Shown here: in pieces, positions 20,205 through 31,027 of the stretch
How positions within the stretch are numbered: the stretch's first letter is position 1
Layout: every line of letters begins with the position of its first letter
From: Desulfurococcaceae archaeon
Lineage (GTDB): Archaea > Thermoproteota > Thermoprotei_A > Sulfolobales > Desulfurococcaceae
NCBI GenBank assembly: GCA_038816475.1
Contig: JAWBAI010000003.1
Location: 62,774 to 126,773, forward strand
Reading direction: 5' to 3'
DNA: 64,000 nucleotides
Translations under genes and position numbers: made by a program
The notes under the pieces: generated by a model
What the model saw: only the letters and a program-made list of their open reading frames with translations
Told to the model about the DNA's origin: nothing
The model's database searches: none

Positions 20205-22139
20205 TCAGCTCATAGCTAAGCACAAGGAGTCTAGTAGTGACGGTGTTAAAATATCATCGGTGAACTGTCTTACTTCTTTCGTTTTTCTTAGAATAGTAGC
20301 TAGAGCTTCCACAGCACCTGGTTCACCGTGGTTGAGCAGTACCTTCTTGGGTTTAGGATTCATGGATTTAACATACGATACGAGCTCTCTTTGATCACTA
20401 TGTCCACTGAATCCGTCAATACTGTGCACTTCAAGCTCCACTTTTATTGTTTCTATCCTGTTGTCGACAACCATGGGCACCTCTCGAGCTCCGTCTTTTA
20501 CAGCTCTTCCAAGAGTCCCCTCAGCTTGATAACCCACAAATACTAGTGAACTGTTAGGATCACCCGCGATGAGTTTAAAGTAGTCTACAACGGGTCCACC
20601 ATTCAACATACCGTTTGTGGCAACGATTATTGAAGGTTTATCCTCGACGATATCCGTTCTTGACGCGGGTTTATCGATAACCACCACGTTATCACTCATG
20701 AACGGGTTTTCTCCCTCGAAGATTTTATCCCTAACTTTCTTGTTCAAGTACTCTGGGTACTGGAGATGTATGAGTGTTACCTCGTTAACAAGTCCTTCTA
20801 CGTAGATTGAGATCTTTGGTAGTAATCCTCTTTCGATAGCATCATTTAAAACGAGTAGTATTTCTTGTCCTCTTCCAGCGGCGAACACAGGTACTAAGAC
20901 TACACCTTTTCTCTCAATGGTTCTTTTAACTATCTGAACGAGCTTTTCTTCAGCTTGAGCTCTAGACTCCTGGAGAGAGGCACCATACGTGCTCTCCATT
21001 ATCAAGGTCTCTACTCGGGGGAACTCGGTGTGCGCCTTAACTAGGAGCCTAGTATCTGCGAATTTGAAATCACCTGTGTAGACTATGTTGTGAAGACCCA
21101 TTCCTACATGAAGGTGAACTATGGCTGAACCCAGGAGATGACCAGCGCTGTACATTGTCAGCTTCATGTCGGGTGCTACATCCGTGACTTCTTCGTAGTC
21201 AACAGTTATGGTGTGTGTAAGCATTGTAGCTAAGTCTTTTTCTCCGTAGGGTAGGTATTTTCCACTTCTCTTTACTACATCGATCATGTCCTTGATCATA
21301 ATTGTCATGAGATCGCGTGTAGGCTTAGTAACGTATACGGGGCCTCTGTAACCGTACTTGTAGAGTAGTGGAACAAGACCTACGTGGTCCAGGTGTGCAT
21401 GTGTAACTATAACAGCGTCTAGCTCGTCTACTCTGATCATGTCGATCAACGGGTATGCTTTGCTAGGGTTCTCGAGGGCTCCAACATTAACACCAAAATC
21501 CAGTAGCACTTTACTCTCGCGAGTTTCTACGAGCGTAGCTGATCTGCCCACCTCTCTGTAGCCTCCAAGTGCTGTGATCCTGACATAGTTGTTCTTGAAG
21601 ATAACATCTCTGTGTATCCTTTCCCCAAGGTTTTTCATGAACTCAGCTCTGTACTCGGATTGCTTGAGCACTATGTTGAGCACATCATTAATGATCTTGG
21701 ACTCCGAGCGTGTTCTGCGAAGAGGTACTATGCGCCAACCTGTTTCTGCGAGTACGTTGATCAGCAGGTTTCGACTGATGAGCAACCCCGGTTTTTCCAC
21801 CTTTAACCATACTTCTCCAGCGTGCTCATCGAAGTACATGTAGTTATGGTCCAATCCTACGTCTTTTGGTAACAGTTCAGCAATTTTAACCTTTGCCATT
21901 TCAGCTGGCAGTCTAGCTTCCTTTTGAACTTTAATAATGATCTTCTTGCGAACCTTCTTAGCTATATGCTGTGCTAGCTGTGGATATTTAACTAGAGCTT
22001 CTCTGTTGCTTACATATATGACTATGTATGGTCCTTCGAACTCTATGTTCGGGTAACCCAGTTCTGGTGGTATCTCCTCTAAAATGCTCTTAATTAAGCT
22101 CATTTTACCTCTATCTAGCACTACTCTACCGGATATCAA
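20205..22139 (-). CDS. fttA: Beta-CASP ribonuclease aCPSF1 / transcription termination factor FttA
   Basis: N-terminal KH domains, LGGYREVGRS, THAHLDH, AGHLLG, ESTYG, FSGHSD, NHGE; lies downstream of psmB as is typical. Confidence 0.95.
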   Translation of the reverse strand: MISGRVVLDRGKMSLIKSILEEIPPELGYPNIEFEGPYIVIYVSNREALVKYPQLAQHIAKKVRKKIIIKVQKEARLPAEMAKVKIAELLPKDVGLDHNYMYFDEHAGEVWLKVEKPGLLISRNLLINVLAETGWRIVPLRRTRSESKIINDVLNIVLKQSEYRAEFMKNLGERIHRDVIFKNNYVRITALGGYREVGRSATLVETRESKVLLDFGVNVGALENPSKAYPLIDMIRVDELDAVIVTHAHLDHVGLVPLLYKYGYRGPVYVTKPTRDLMTIMIKDMIDVVKRSGKYLPYGEKDLATMLTHTITVDYEEVTDVAPDMKLTMYSAGHLLGSAIVHLHVGMGLHNIVYTGDFKFADTRLLVKAHTEFPRVETLIMESTYGASLQESRAQAEEKLVQIVKRTIERKGVVLVPVFAAGRGQEILLVLNDAIERGLLPKISIYVEGLVNEVTLIHLQYPEYLNKKVRDKIFEGENPFMSDNVVVIDKPASRTDIVEDKPSIIVATNGMLNGGPVVDYFKLIAGDPNSSLVFVGYQAEGTLGRAVKDGAREVPMVVDNRIETIKVELEVHSIDGFSGHSDQRELVSYVKSMNPKPKKVLLNHGEPGAVEALATILRKTKEVRQFTDDILTPSLLDSLCLAMS

Positions 22140-22242
22140 GCATGTAACACCTTAAACTCCAAGGAGATAAGAACGCAACCGTGCTCCACGTAAGTATTGG
22201 ATTAAGGCTTTTAAAACCTTAGCTTTAACAACTGGAGTACGC

Positions 22243-22863
22243 TTAGGTTTTCTCGAGAGTTTTCTTGAGAGGAACAGTTTTTTCTAGCAATACACCATCG
22301 CGTCCGATAACTACCACGTCAACACCCTCCCCTGTAAAGCCGTCTCTCATAATAGCTGCCTTTACAGCTTTTACAGCAAGGTCTACTGCTGCATCTACGG
22401 AGAGATCGTCTTTGTACTCGGACTCTAGCACACCATAGGCTACCGGAGAACCGCTTCCCGTAGCCGTGTATTTTTCTTTTGATACTGTACCGTAGAGGTC
22501 TAAGTAGTACAGATGGGGACCTTCAGAATCGTAACCTCCTAGTATTAGCTGTACTAGGAAGGGGTAGTACCTTAAGTACGCAGAGAGTAGTAGTGATAGG
22601 TAGTTCGCGAGTGCACGAAGTCCTATGGGCTTACCTAGGATCACTTCGTATCTTCTTGAATAGTACCTTGCGTTTTCAACTAGAAACTGAGCATCAGCAA
22701 CGAGACCGGATATTGTAAGTGCAGCGTAGTCTGTTAACTTAGAGATCTTCTTAACCTGTTTATGGTACACCATTGTACCAGCAGATGCTCTCTTATCAGC
22801 TGCTAGAACAACGTGATCGCTGGCGATTAACCCCACAGTGGTGGTTTTGGTTTCGTACTTCAC
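22243..22863 (-). CDS. psmB: Proteasome beta subunit (catalytic type)
   Basis: TTTVG N-terminal nucleophile motif, AADKRAS, SGLVADAQ, TGSGS. Confidence 0.94.
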   Translation of the reverse strand: MKYETKTTTVGLIASDHVVLAADKRASAGTMVYHKQVKKISKLTDYAALTISGLVADAQFLVENARYYSRRYEVILGKPIGLRALANYLSLLLSAYLRYYPFLVQLILGGYDSEGPHLYYLDLYGTVSKEKYTATGSGSPVAYGVLESEYKDDLSVDAAVDLAVKAVKAAIMRDGFTGEGVDVVVIGRDGVLLEKTVPLKKTLEKT

Positions 22864-22974
22864 TTAGAGTACACCCTGATTGCTTATTCATCCATGGTTT
22901 ATTTATGGAGGTGTAGTACTTTTAAAGCAAAATTATCTATCTACTCAGAACTAGATTAAAGTTAGGTGCATTGA

Positions 22975-24030
22975 GTGAGTAGTATTCACAAAATCGACTT
23001 ACCAAAGAGAATCGTTATTGGAGATGGTGCACTGAATGAAATTCCATTGATATTGAAATTCGCCAAGAACAATGTTTCCAAGGTAGCCATAATCACCGGA
23101 GAACACACGTACAGTGTAGGGGGATTCATAGTAGAGAAAATGGTTAAAGACCAAGCAGATGTTGTAGTAGTTAAAGTGCAAGATGCTCACGTTAATACAG
23201 CGGAGAGGATCCTGGATAAGCTAAGGAATGAAAGTGTAGACACGATATTCGGTGTAGGTGGTGGTAAATCCATTGACATAGCTAAGTACGTTTCTTCGAA
23301 ACTCAAAGTACCCATGATAAGTGTTCCTTTAGCACCGAGTCACGATGGAATAGTAAGCCCCTTTGCAAGTCTTAAAGGTACCAGTAGACCTTACAGCGTA
23401 TACACAGAGGTTCCATACGCGATTGTAGCAGATACTAGCATTCTAGCTAGAGCGCCCCGAAGACTTATCCTATCAGGAATGGGTGATCTACTAGGCAAGC
23501 TTGTATCGGTGAAAGACTGGAGATTAGCGCATAGACTAAGAGGTGAGTACTACGGTGAATACGCTGCTCAGCTAGCTCTCATGAGTGCAAAGCATGTAAT
23601 AAAGTACCATGAGCTAATAGCGAGCGGCTCTGTTGAGGGCGTAAGAATACTCGTGGAGGCTCTTATCAGTAGTGGTGTTTCGATGTGCATAGCTGGATCC
23701 AGCAGACCTGCCAGTGGAAGTGAGCACTTATTCGCTCATGCAATTGAGTTATTGGCTCCCGGGAGAGTTCTTCACGGTGAAGCAGTAGCCTTGGGAACAG
23801 TTGTCATGCTGTACATATACGGTGATAAAAGATGGAGATCCGTGAAGGAGATCATGAGGAAAACCGGTCTTCCAACATCAGCCTACGAGCTAAACATAGA
23901 ACCAGAGGTACTAGTAAAGGCGCTTACAATAGCGCATACTATTAGACCAGAAAGATACACTATTCTGGGTGAAAGAGGTCTGTCGGAAGAAGCGGCTTTA
24001 AAGGTTCTCAAAGAAACTGGTATAGTGTAA
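22975..24030 (+). CDS. egsA: sn-glycerol-1-phosphate dehydrogenase
   Basis: GGGKSID, SHDGIVSP, GSSRPASGSEH, LHGE, RPERYTILG. Confidence 0.95.
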   Translation: MSSIHKIDLPKRIVIGDGALNEIPLILKFAKNNVSKVAIITGEHTYSVGGFIVEKMVKDQADVVVVKVQDAHVNTAERILDKLRNESVDTIFGVGGGKSIDIAKYVSSKLKVPMISVPLAPSHDGIVSPFASLKGTSRPYSVYTEVPYAIVADTSILARAPRRLILSGMGDLLGKLVSVKDWRLAHRLRGEYYGEYAAQLALMSAKHVIKYHELIASGSVEGVRILVEALISSGVSMCIAGSSRPASGSEHLFAHAIELLAPGRVLHGEAVALGTVVMLYIYGDKRWRSVKEIMRKTGLPTSAYELNIEPEVLVKALTIAHTIRPERYTILGERGLSEEAALKVLKETGIV

Positions 24031-24064
24031 AGGGAATAGTTATCTAAACCTTGAAAGTACCTGC

Positions 24065-24760
24065 CTAGCTTTGGCGCGAGATCTCTTCTTGGAACACCAG
24101 TTTGTTGACCAGGTCTTTGAAGTGCTCAAATATGTCTGCTGCAAGTGTTAACTTAGCGTAACCCAAGTGTTCTCTCGTTATGTATTTACCAGGTAGCACA
24201 ATGGTAAGTTTTTTCTCCTGTTCTTGGTAGATAGTGGTTATCTCGTTCGCTGGTATTTTAAGATGTCTTGAAGATAGTGTTTTTATCTTTTCCTCCGTGT
24301 CTTCTATCTTCTTAACAACCTTTACTCGGTATACGAGGGTTTTACCTGCTAATGGATGGTTAAAGTCTATTACTACCCTACCACCGCTGATCTGCTTTAC
24401 AATCCCTCTTAATCCTCCGATCTCAACGGTATCACCAACGTTTACTTCGTAACCACGTCTTTGAAAATCCCTGAGACTGAACACCTTGATTTTGCTTGGA
24501 TCTCTTTCCCCAAAGGCTTTCTCGGGTGGAACTTCAATTTCCTTTTCCTCGTTCTCGGACATCTTGGCAATTTCTTCTTCGACGAAGGGGTTTATCCAGT
24601 TCTTTCCGAGGATTAGCAAAACTGGTCCGTAGAGCTTATTGGGATCATATACATTCTCCTTCTTTGCAAGCTCAGCATCTGTTGTATCAATAACAACACC
24701 CGTTTCTTTTACACGTACGGTGAACTCTATGAGCAGAAAATCACCCTTGTTGAACGGCAT
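24065..24760 (-). CDS. slyD: Long-type FKBP peptidyl-prolyl isomerase (SlyD family)
   Basis: PPEKAFGER, DFNHPLAGK; start set to MPFNKGDF. Confidence 0.92.
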   Translation of the reverse strand: MPFNKGDFLLIEFTVRVKETGVVIDTTDAELAKKENVYDPNKLYGPVLLILGKNWINPFVEEEIAKMSENEEKEIEVPPEKAFGERDPSKIKVFSLRDFQRRGYEVNVGDTVEIGGLRGIVKQISGGRVVIDFNHPLAGKTLVYRVKVVKKIEDTEEKIKTLSSRHLKIPANEITTIYQEQEKKLTIVLPGKYITREHLGYAKLTLAADIFEHFKDLVNKLVFQEEISRQS

Positions 24761-24908
24761 GCTTATCACCAACAGGTGGTTTAACATAAGCTACTTCTTA
24801 AATCTCTAATTCTACACCAAGGTGGATAGTGATTTATAAAAGCCTTCAGTAGTGTATTAACAATGATGGTTGCATTAAGTAGTAATTGAGCTAATAGGGG
24901 GCTTTAGT

Positions 24909-25133
24909 TTGAGTGAAACTGCACACAAGATACTTGAGGAAAACCTAGGAAACATGGTACTAATTAAAACTCGTGATGGTGTAGCACTAAGAGGTGTTCT
25001 GAGAAGTTTTGATCAGCACTTGAACGTTGTACTAGAGAACGCTGAGGAACTCGGCAAAGAGAACATTAGAAAACTCGGCACAGTTGTTATAAGAGGAGAC
25101 AACATAATACTTATTTCGCCACTAACCGAGTAG
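24909..25133 (+). CDS. Sm-like archaeal protein (SmAP1)
   Basis: Sm1 '[14 protein letters not shown]', Sm2 'IRGDNI'; precedes rpl37e. Confidence 0.95.
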   Translation: MSETAHKILEENLGNMVLIKTRDGVALRGVLRSFDQHLNVVLENAEELGKENIRKLGTVVIRGDNIILISPLTE

Positions 25134-25149
25134 CAAAAGGTATGTTGGT

Positions 25150-25338
25150 ATGGTTAAGGGCACAACAAGCTTTGGTAAACATGGGCGTAGCAAAACGCAT
25201 ATTAGATGCCGTAGATGCGGTAGACACAGCTTCAACGTGGCAAAGGGTTACTGTGCAGCGTGCGGCTTTGGAAGAAGCAGAAGAATAAGAAGATACAGTT
25301 GGCAAAACAAAAAAGTTAATAGAGTTAGAGTAGTATAG
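25150..25338 (+). CDS. rpl37e: 50S ribosomal protein L37e
   Basis: [13 protein letters not shown]...CAACGF. Confidence 0.97.
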   Translation: MVKGTTSFGKHGRSKTHIRCRRCGRHSFNVAKGYCAACGFGRSRRIRRYSWQNKKVNRVRVV

Positions 25339-25458
25339 AGAATTTTAAGGCTAGTAAGCAGTATAAAAACTTGAAGACTAATAAACCCCTACACTTCAGA
25401 CTAGTCTTACAAGCGTGGTGAATTTTCGATTCACAGTTGATTCGATGGTGCATTACTA

Positions 25459-26661
25459 ATGGCCAAGTATTTGATCAGAGCACGTATAACTGTTGATGGT
25501 GTCGTGGATAAACACGATATAATAGGAGCTATATTTGGGCAAACAGAGGGTTTGCTAGGTGGAGAATTCGACCTTAAGGTTCTTCAGGATAAAGGCAGAG
25601 TTGGTAGAATACAGGTAAACATAAGAACGCAGAGTAACAAAACTATAGGTGAAATTCTGATTCCAAGCAATCTCGATAGAGTGGAAACAGCTCTACTAGC
25701 AGCTCTCACGGAGATCGTGGATAGAGTTGGACCTTACGATGCTGAAGTTAAAGTAGTAGACATCGTAGACCTCAGAGCCGAGCGTATAAGGAAAATAATT
25801 GAGAGAGCAGTTGAAATACTCAAAGTATGGGGGAAAGAGAAAACACCGGATCTCAAGGACATAATAAAAACTATTCAGGACAGGCTGAGAACACCGGAGC
25901 CAACATCCTATGGTCCTGACGAGCTTCCAGCCGGTCCTGACATCGATAAAGCTAGCACAATTATAGTAGTTGAGGGACGTGCAGACGTAATCAACTTACT
26001 AAGGTACGGTTACACTAACGTGATAGCGCTAGGAGGCGCGAGAAGAGTATCGGAAACGATCAAGAACCTATCGCAGAATAGGAAAATCATTCTTCTAGTT
26101 GACGGAGATCACGGAGGTGATCTGGTGATCAAAGAGGTTCTCAGGTCCATGAGAGTAGACTACATCGCGAGAGCACCACCAAACGTAGAGGTTGAAGAGC
26201 TCACAGGGAAAGAGATCGAAGAAGTACTATCTAAAGCGCAACCCGTTCTCGAATATCTTGAGCAGAAGGCCAAACAAGGTGACAAGGAATCCGAGATATT
26301 GCTTCAAACTCAGAGAAAGTTCCACAAGATTGTAGAGGAGAAAGTCGAGGAAACTCTGCTTATACCGCTGAAAGTTGCAGAGCTTATGAAATCGCTCCAG
26401 GGAACTCTAGAGTCTGTACTGTTTAATAGTGACTGGCAGGAAGTGAAGAAGATACCTGTAAGGGATCTCGTGGCTGAGATTGAGGGATTAGAGCCAGGTA
26501 AAGTGTATGCTGTAGTTATGGACGGAATTATAACACAGCGCTTACTGGATACAGCTTCCACCAAGGCTATAAAGCTGATAATTGGTGCTAGAGTTGGTAA
26601 AATACAGTACAAGAACCCTAGTTTAGTAGTTTTAACATTCAACGAGATCTTTACACAGTAG
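25459..26661 (+). CDS. dnaG: Archaeal DnaG (TOPRIM; exosome-associated)
   Basis: GAIFGQTEGLLG, VEGRADV, DGDHGG, DGIITQRL. Confidence 0.95.
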   Translation: MAKYLIRARITVDGVVDKHDIIGAIFGQTEGLLGGEFDLKVLQDKGRVGRIQVNIRTQSNKTIGEILIPSNLDRVETALLAALTEIVDRVGPYDAEVKVVDIVDLRAERIRKIIERAVEILKVWGKEKTPDLKDIIKTIQDRLRTPEPTSYGPDELPAGPDIDKASTIIVVEGRADVINLLRYGYTNVIALGGARRVSETIKNLSQNRKIILLVDGDHGGDLVIKEVLRSMRVDYIARAPPNVEVEELTGKEIEEVLSKAQPVLEYLEQKAKQGDKESEILLQTQRKFHKIVEEKVEETLLIPLKVAELMKSLQGTLESVLFNSDWQEVKKIPVRDLVAEIEGLEPGKVYAVVMDGIITQRLLDTASTKAIKLIIGARVGKIQYKNPSLVVLTFNEIFTQ

Positions 26662-26670
26662 ACTGAATTA

Positions 26671-29067
26671 CTACTCTTGTTTTTTACCGATATATTCAAA
26701 CAAGCTCTTTCTTGTTGTTGAAACACGCTTTAACTGAGTGTCAGTAACCCCGAAGTACTCTAGTATTCTGAGTACAGCAGGAATCACTTGGTGATCCACG
26801 TAGTAATTGTAGTCCAGGAGCTTGGAGTCTTTTACTAGCATATATGGTTCAGCTCTATCGGAGACCTTGCCTGAACCCTTCAGGATTACAAAGCCTATTT
26901 TATCACCTACGTCAACTTCGTAGCCCAGTTTAATCATCTTCTTAGCAGCTCTTACGTGAGGTGCTTCAACATCGTACTCCGATATGGGCTTCGTCAAGGT
27001 CTTCCATATAATTAGCTTTTCAACGGGTATTTTACCCTGTGCAAGGTCGAGCACTACGCTTCGAACATACTCAATAGCTTTGTTTACACTACCTTCTTTG
27101 AGTAGAATTTCGGTCACACGTTCTTGAACATCCTTTGCGATCTCCGCCCAGTCACCACGTGCAGCTTCAAAACCAACAATATCTATTCTACCATCCTCTA
27201 GAAGCCCTGCGTATCTCTTCTTAGCTTCGCTGAAAAACACTCTCTTGTAGACCTTGTCTACTTTGATCTCAAAGCCGAGCTCTTTTTCAACGAGCTCCAC
27301 GAACTTGCTGATTTTCTCCGGATGGTACGTTACGAACAGTGAGTCGGTGTCCCCGTAAATAACCTTGAGACCTAAGCTCTGAGCAAGCTCAATGGCTTTT
27401 CTTATTAGAGATCTACCCCAAGCAGTTACAGCTTCAGCGCATTGCTTGCAGTACCATCTTGCGCCAACCCAGCCCATGTACCCGTAGGTCGCATTTGCCA
27501 ATATCTTCACCGCTCGCTGTCTTTCGTCTAGTAACCTGTACTCGTAGGATTCAGGTGGGTACTTCTTCAGTTCTTCTTTTAGAGCTTTTCTCAGCTCAAT
27601 GAGCTTTGTTAAAACGCTCTTGAAGAAGCCTGGTGGTTCCTTCGCAAAGCAGTGTTCAACCTCAGGGGCGATGTTGTGCAGCTGTTCAACACACTCAGTG
27701 TGCTTTACAATGGTATCTGGACCAACGTTGTACTTGATCATGATGCTGGGATACATGCTTGTAAAGTCCAGTACAGCTATATTCTCGTGAACTCCGGGTA
27801 CTGGGCGAAGAACAACGGCTCCCTTGTAGGGTTCAGCTTCTCTCTCCTCTCTATTGGGTATTAGTTCTCCACGCTTGTATGCTTCGTACATTAAAAACCA
27901 TTCAAGCCTGTGCCCCACGCTAGCTGCTCCAACCTGGTCCAGCGGTAGTCTTGTTAAGTACGATAGTTGCATAGCAAAGGGTAGGAATTTCTCTCCAAGA
28001 CCCAGAGTTGATAGAACATCGTCTAGATTGTACTTTAGGAGAAGTTTTCTCTTCTCGGGGTTTTTCCAGTAGCTGGGGAACTCAGCGTAGTCTATTAGAA
28101 TCCTTTCTTCCCGCTTCATAACTCCTAGGTAATCAGCTACTATGTCGAGACTCTTCAGCTTTATCTCTGGTATTTCCTCCGCGAAGTGCAACAGGTCTAC
28201 ATTGAGTCTTCCAGGTATTGATATGTGTCCATAGGTGCTGGTAGAAGGTGCTGAACCCTTTCTACGGCCTACGTCAAGCTGTATTCCTAGAACTTTCGAT
28301 CTATCTATGAGGTATGGCCAATCAAACTTGTTCGAGTTATACCCTAGTATTATGTCTGGATCATAGCTGTTCACGTAGTTAACAAACTCTCTTAGAGCCT
28401 TCTCGTCATTAAACTCGTCTGCTGTGAACTGCATCACCTGCTTCTTGTCCGTAGTTACACCAATTACAATAACCGGGTCTCTAGCTGGTTTTGGAGAACC
28501 ATGCTCGGTGTACACTTCGATGTCAAATGCTAGAACCCTGAGATCTCTCGGAGGAGTAGAGTCCTCGAGTGAGCGTATCTCACCAACGATCTCGTACTCT
28601 TCGTCTACTCTATAGCCTGGTGCAGGTTTTATGGGTGAAACCTTTGCGATATGCCAACCACATGGACGCAGCTCTTTGTCTATGATGTACCTCATGCTGA
28701 ACCTAATGTCAGCTTCAACAACTTCAAAAACACCGGGTAGCGTTTTCACTTTTTCTCTATACTCTCTGACATACTCGGGTACAACAGTTGTTATCTTAAG
28801 AGCTTTCACTGGTTTACCATAGTACTTTTTGTCTACTACTTCCAGGTTTACTATAGGTGATTTTATTTCGGATAGAAGCTTAACCTTGTTAACGACGAAC
28901 AGGGGATCTGCGGCTTCCTTTAGTATAGCGTAGAAGTAGGGTCTAAATGTTCTATCACGTAGGATCACTCGACGACCATCTCTCGTGATAGCCCATAGAA
29001 TAATATGAGGTTCTCCTCCTACGACTTCATAAGTAGAGTCAAGCAGGTAGAACTCCAAATACTCCAT
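26671..29067 (-). CDS. polB: Family B DNA polymerase (PolB3 type)
   Basis: ExoI FDIE, ExoII YNSNKFD, ExoIII YNLDD, DFTSMYPS, KILANATYGY, YGDTDS, C-terminal PIP-like KSLFEY; no intein. Confidence 0.95.
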   Translation of the reverse strand: MEYLEFYLLDSTYEVVGGEPHIILWAITRDGRRVILRDRTFRPYFYAILKEAADPLFVVNKVKLLSEIKSPIVNLEVVDKKYYGKPVKALKITTVVPEYVREYREKVKTLPGVFEVVEADIRFSMRYIIDKELRPCGWHIAKVSPIKPAPGYRVDEEYEIVGEIRSLEDSTPPRDLRVLAFDIEVYTEHGSPKPARDPVIVIGVTTDKKQVMQFTADEFNDEKALREFVNYVNSYDPDIILGYNSNKFDWPYLIDRSKVLGIQLDVGRRKGSAPSTSTYGHISIPGRLNVDLLHFAEEIPEIKLKSLDIVADYLGVMKREERILIDYAEFPSYWKNPEKRKLLLKYNLDDVLSTLGLGEKFLPFAMQLSYLTRLPLDQVGAASVGHRLEWFLMYEAYKRGELIPNREEREAEPYKGAVVLRPVPGVHENIAVLDFTSMYPSIMIKYNVGPDTIVKHTECVEQLHNIAPEVEHCFAKEPPGFFKSVLTKLIELRKALKEELKKYPPESYEYRLLDERQRAVKILANATYGYMGWVGARWYCKQCAEAVTAWGRSLIRKAIELAQSLGLKVIYGDTDSLFVTYHPEKISKFVELVEKELGFEIKVDKVYKRVFFSEAKKRYAGLLEDGRIDIVGFEAARGDWAEIAKDVQERVTEILLKEGSVNKAIEYVRSVVLDLAQGKIPVEKLIIWKTLTKPISEYDVEAPHVRAAKKMIKLGYEVDVGDKIGFVILKGSGKVSDRAEPYMLVKDSKLLDYNYYVDHQVIPAVLRILEYFGVTDTQLKRVSTTRKSLFEYIGKKQE

Positions 29068-29139
29068 GTTTATCCTCACTAGACATTATACTATAAGAGA
29101 CTCAAAAACACAACTATAGCGGAGAACGGTGAACGCGCT

Positions 29140-30201
29140 GTGAAAGTGCTTGAGAAAAACACGAGAGAGAACAGTATAACAATACAGCTGGAAACAACGG
29201 ACGACCTCTGGGCGCTCTTTAACATAGTAAAAGAAGGCGACATTGTTTACGCTAGAACAACTAGAGAGGTAAAGGTTGGTGAAGGATCAGAGGGCAGAAG
29301 AATACCCATGGTTCTAGGTATCAGAGTTAAAGGCGTGGAGTTTCAGCAGTTTACCGATAAAATTAGAATTAAGGGTGTAGTAGTAGAAGGACCTGAAGAG
29401 TACGGTGTTAAAGGAAAGCATCACACTCTTACTGTAGGCACTGGAGACACTGTTAAAATAGTGAAGGAGCAGTGGAGCGACTTCGAACTACACTACATCA
29501 ACAAGTTTGCATTCAAAAGGCTGAAAGTGATGGTTGTATCAGTGGATCCCGAAGAAGCCTGCATAGGAATCCTCACTGAGCAAGGAGTAAAGTACGTATG
29601 GGAGTACACGTACAATTTACCAAGCAAAGCGTACACGGCTGATCACGAACACCTCCTCAGAGAGTACATAAGAGAAGTTGTCAACGCTATTACAAGCATA
29701 GCTCCACGTGAGGAAGTCAACGCATTAATAGTAGCTGGACCCGGTGAGGTGAAGAACATAGTCAAGCGAGCCGTTCTGGAAAAGCTGAACATAGTAACGT
29801 ACTCTGATACAACAGCATCTGGCGGTTGTCAAGGCGTTAGAGAGGTTCTCGGCAGAGACGTGGTTAAGAACGTTCTAAGAGACCTTGCAGTAGTAAAAGC
29901 AAAAACCGTGCTTGAAGAGTTCAAGGAGCTTTTAGTGAAAGAACCGAATCTCGTAACATACGGTGTTCAAGACGTCTACGAAGCTACGCTCATTGGAGCG
30001 GTTTCAAAGCTGGTTGTAGTAGACGAGCTTTTGAAAACCAGCGATGAAGAGGAGAGAAGAAAGATCTACGACGCACTGGACAATGCTGTTAAGAGAAATG
30101 CTGATATAACCATAGTCTCAGCTAAAAGCGATGTAGGAGTCGAAGTCAGTGGTTTCGGCGGTATAATCTCTATTCTTAGGTTTAAACTACAAAAGGTCTG
30201 A
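29140..30201 (+). CDS. pelA: mRNA surveillance protein Pelota (Dom34)
   Basis: 'DDLWAL', 'GKHHTL', 'AGPG', 'YG', 'FGGIISILRF'. Confidence 0.94.
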   Translation: MKVLEKNTRENSITIQLETTDDLWALFNIVKEGDIVYARTTREVKVGEGSEGRRIPMVLGIRVKGVEFQQFTDKIRIKGVVVEGPEEYGVKGKHHTLTVGTGDTVKIVKEQWSDFELHYINKFAFKRLKVMVVSVDPEEACIGILTEQGVKYVWEYTYNLPSKAYTADHEHLLREYIREVVNAITSIAPREEVNALIVAGPGEVKNIVKRAVLEKLNIVTYSDTTASGGCQGVREVLGRDVVKNVLRDLAVVKAKTVLEEFKELLVKEPNLVTYGVQDVYEATLIGAVSKLVVVDELLKTSDEEERRKIYDALDNAVKRNADITIVSAKSDVGVEVSGFGGIISILRFKLQKV

Positions 30202-30906
30202 GTACACCTTTCTTAGAAGTGGTCTACTCTTAAACAGCCTTTCCAGAGCTTCCTCGAAGTTTTCATTGGGTGCTAGTGGAAGCTTAGCGTAAACACCCGT
30301 TCGACCAACCTCGTCTCTCCTGGTGAGAACCTTCACTCTCTCTCTAACAATGTCTACACTAACACCTAGCACTTTAGCCACGTAATCCTCGTAGCCTATC
30401 ACAGGGAACTCTATGTGACCTGTTGAAGTAGGGATTATTAGAAGCAGGTTTTTGTTTACACCGGGAACACGCTTGTCTTTCAGAAGTTCTTCGTAAGTTA
30501 TATAGCCGCCGAACTTGTAAAACTCCAGCTCAAGAGGTTTGAAGTCGACTATTGGAAAATTCACAGAGACTCTCTCTTCTTCGTCGAGAACTATGTATGC
30601 TTTAGCAGTAGCTGTAGGTGTAGCTACAACAAGGTATCTTGCATACGGTTTAAAGCCCGCTTTCTCCAGTAGGTACTCAACTAGGTATCCCGAGGTTCTC
30701 TTTGGTATAACCACATCTACATCGCTTTTTCTCTGAACATCTCCTCTAGCAACACTACCATGAAGCCATACTTCAATTCCATGTTGCACAAAGACCTCCA
30801 TTACTTTCCTCGCGCAGGATCTCAGCTCTCTTAGTAGACTCCAGTGTTCTGCTGTGTACACAACCTCCCTATACTCTGGTGTAGGTTTTACTCTCGTTCT
30901 CGCCAA
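30187..30906 (-). CDS. Pol beta-superfamily nucleotidyltransferase (archaeal COG2413-like)
   Basis: GSVARGD...SDVD, EFYKFGG, RVPGV, RRDEVGRTG. Confidence 0.85.
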   Translation of the reverse strand: MARTRVKPTPEYREVVYTAEHWSLLRELRSCARKVMEVFVQHGIEVWLHGSVARGDVQRKSDVDVVIPKRTSGYLVEYLLEKAGFKPYARYLVVATPTATAKAYIVLDEEERVSVNFPIVDFKPLELEFYKFGGYITYEELLKDKRVPGVNKNLLLIIPTSTGHIEFPVIGYEDYVAKVLGVSVDIVRERVKVLTRRDEVGRTGVYAKLPLAPNENFEEALERLFKSRPLLRKVYSDLL

Positions 30907-31027
30907 ATCAGTACACCAAGGTCAAGTAGACCACCGGCTCTACCATGTTCTAAGCTATCAAAGAAGTGGAAATTATGCTTCTGAAATATTAAAACTCGAA
31001 AAACATATCGCTGAATGGGAGTTTAAC

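Noticed and set aside
26671-29067. Possible intein in PolB
   Set aside because: Normal length with contiguous polymerase motifs.
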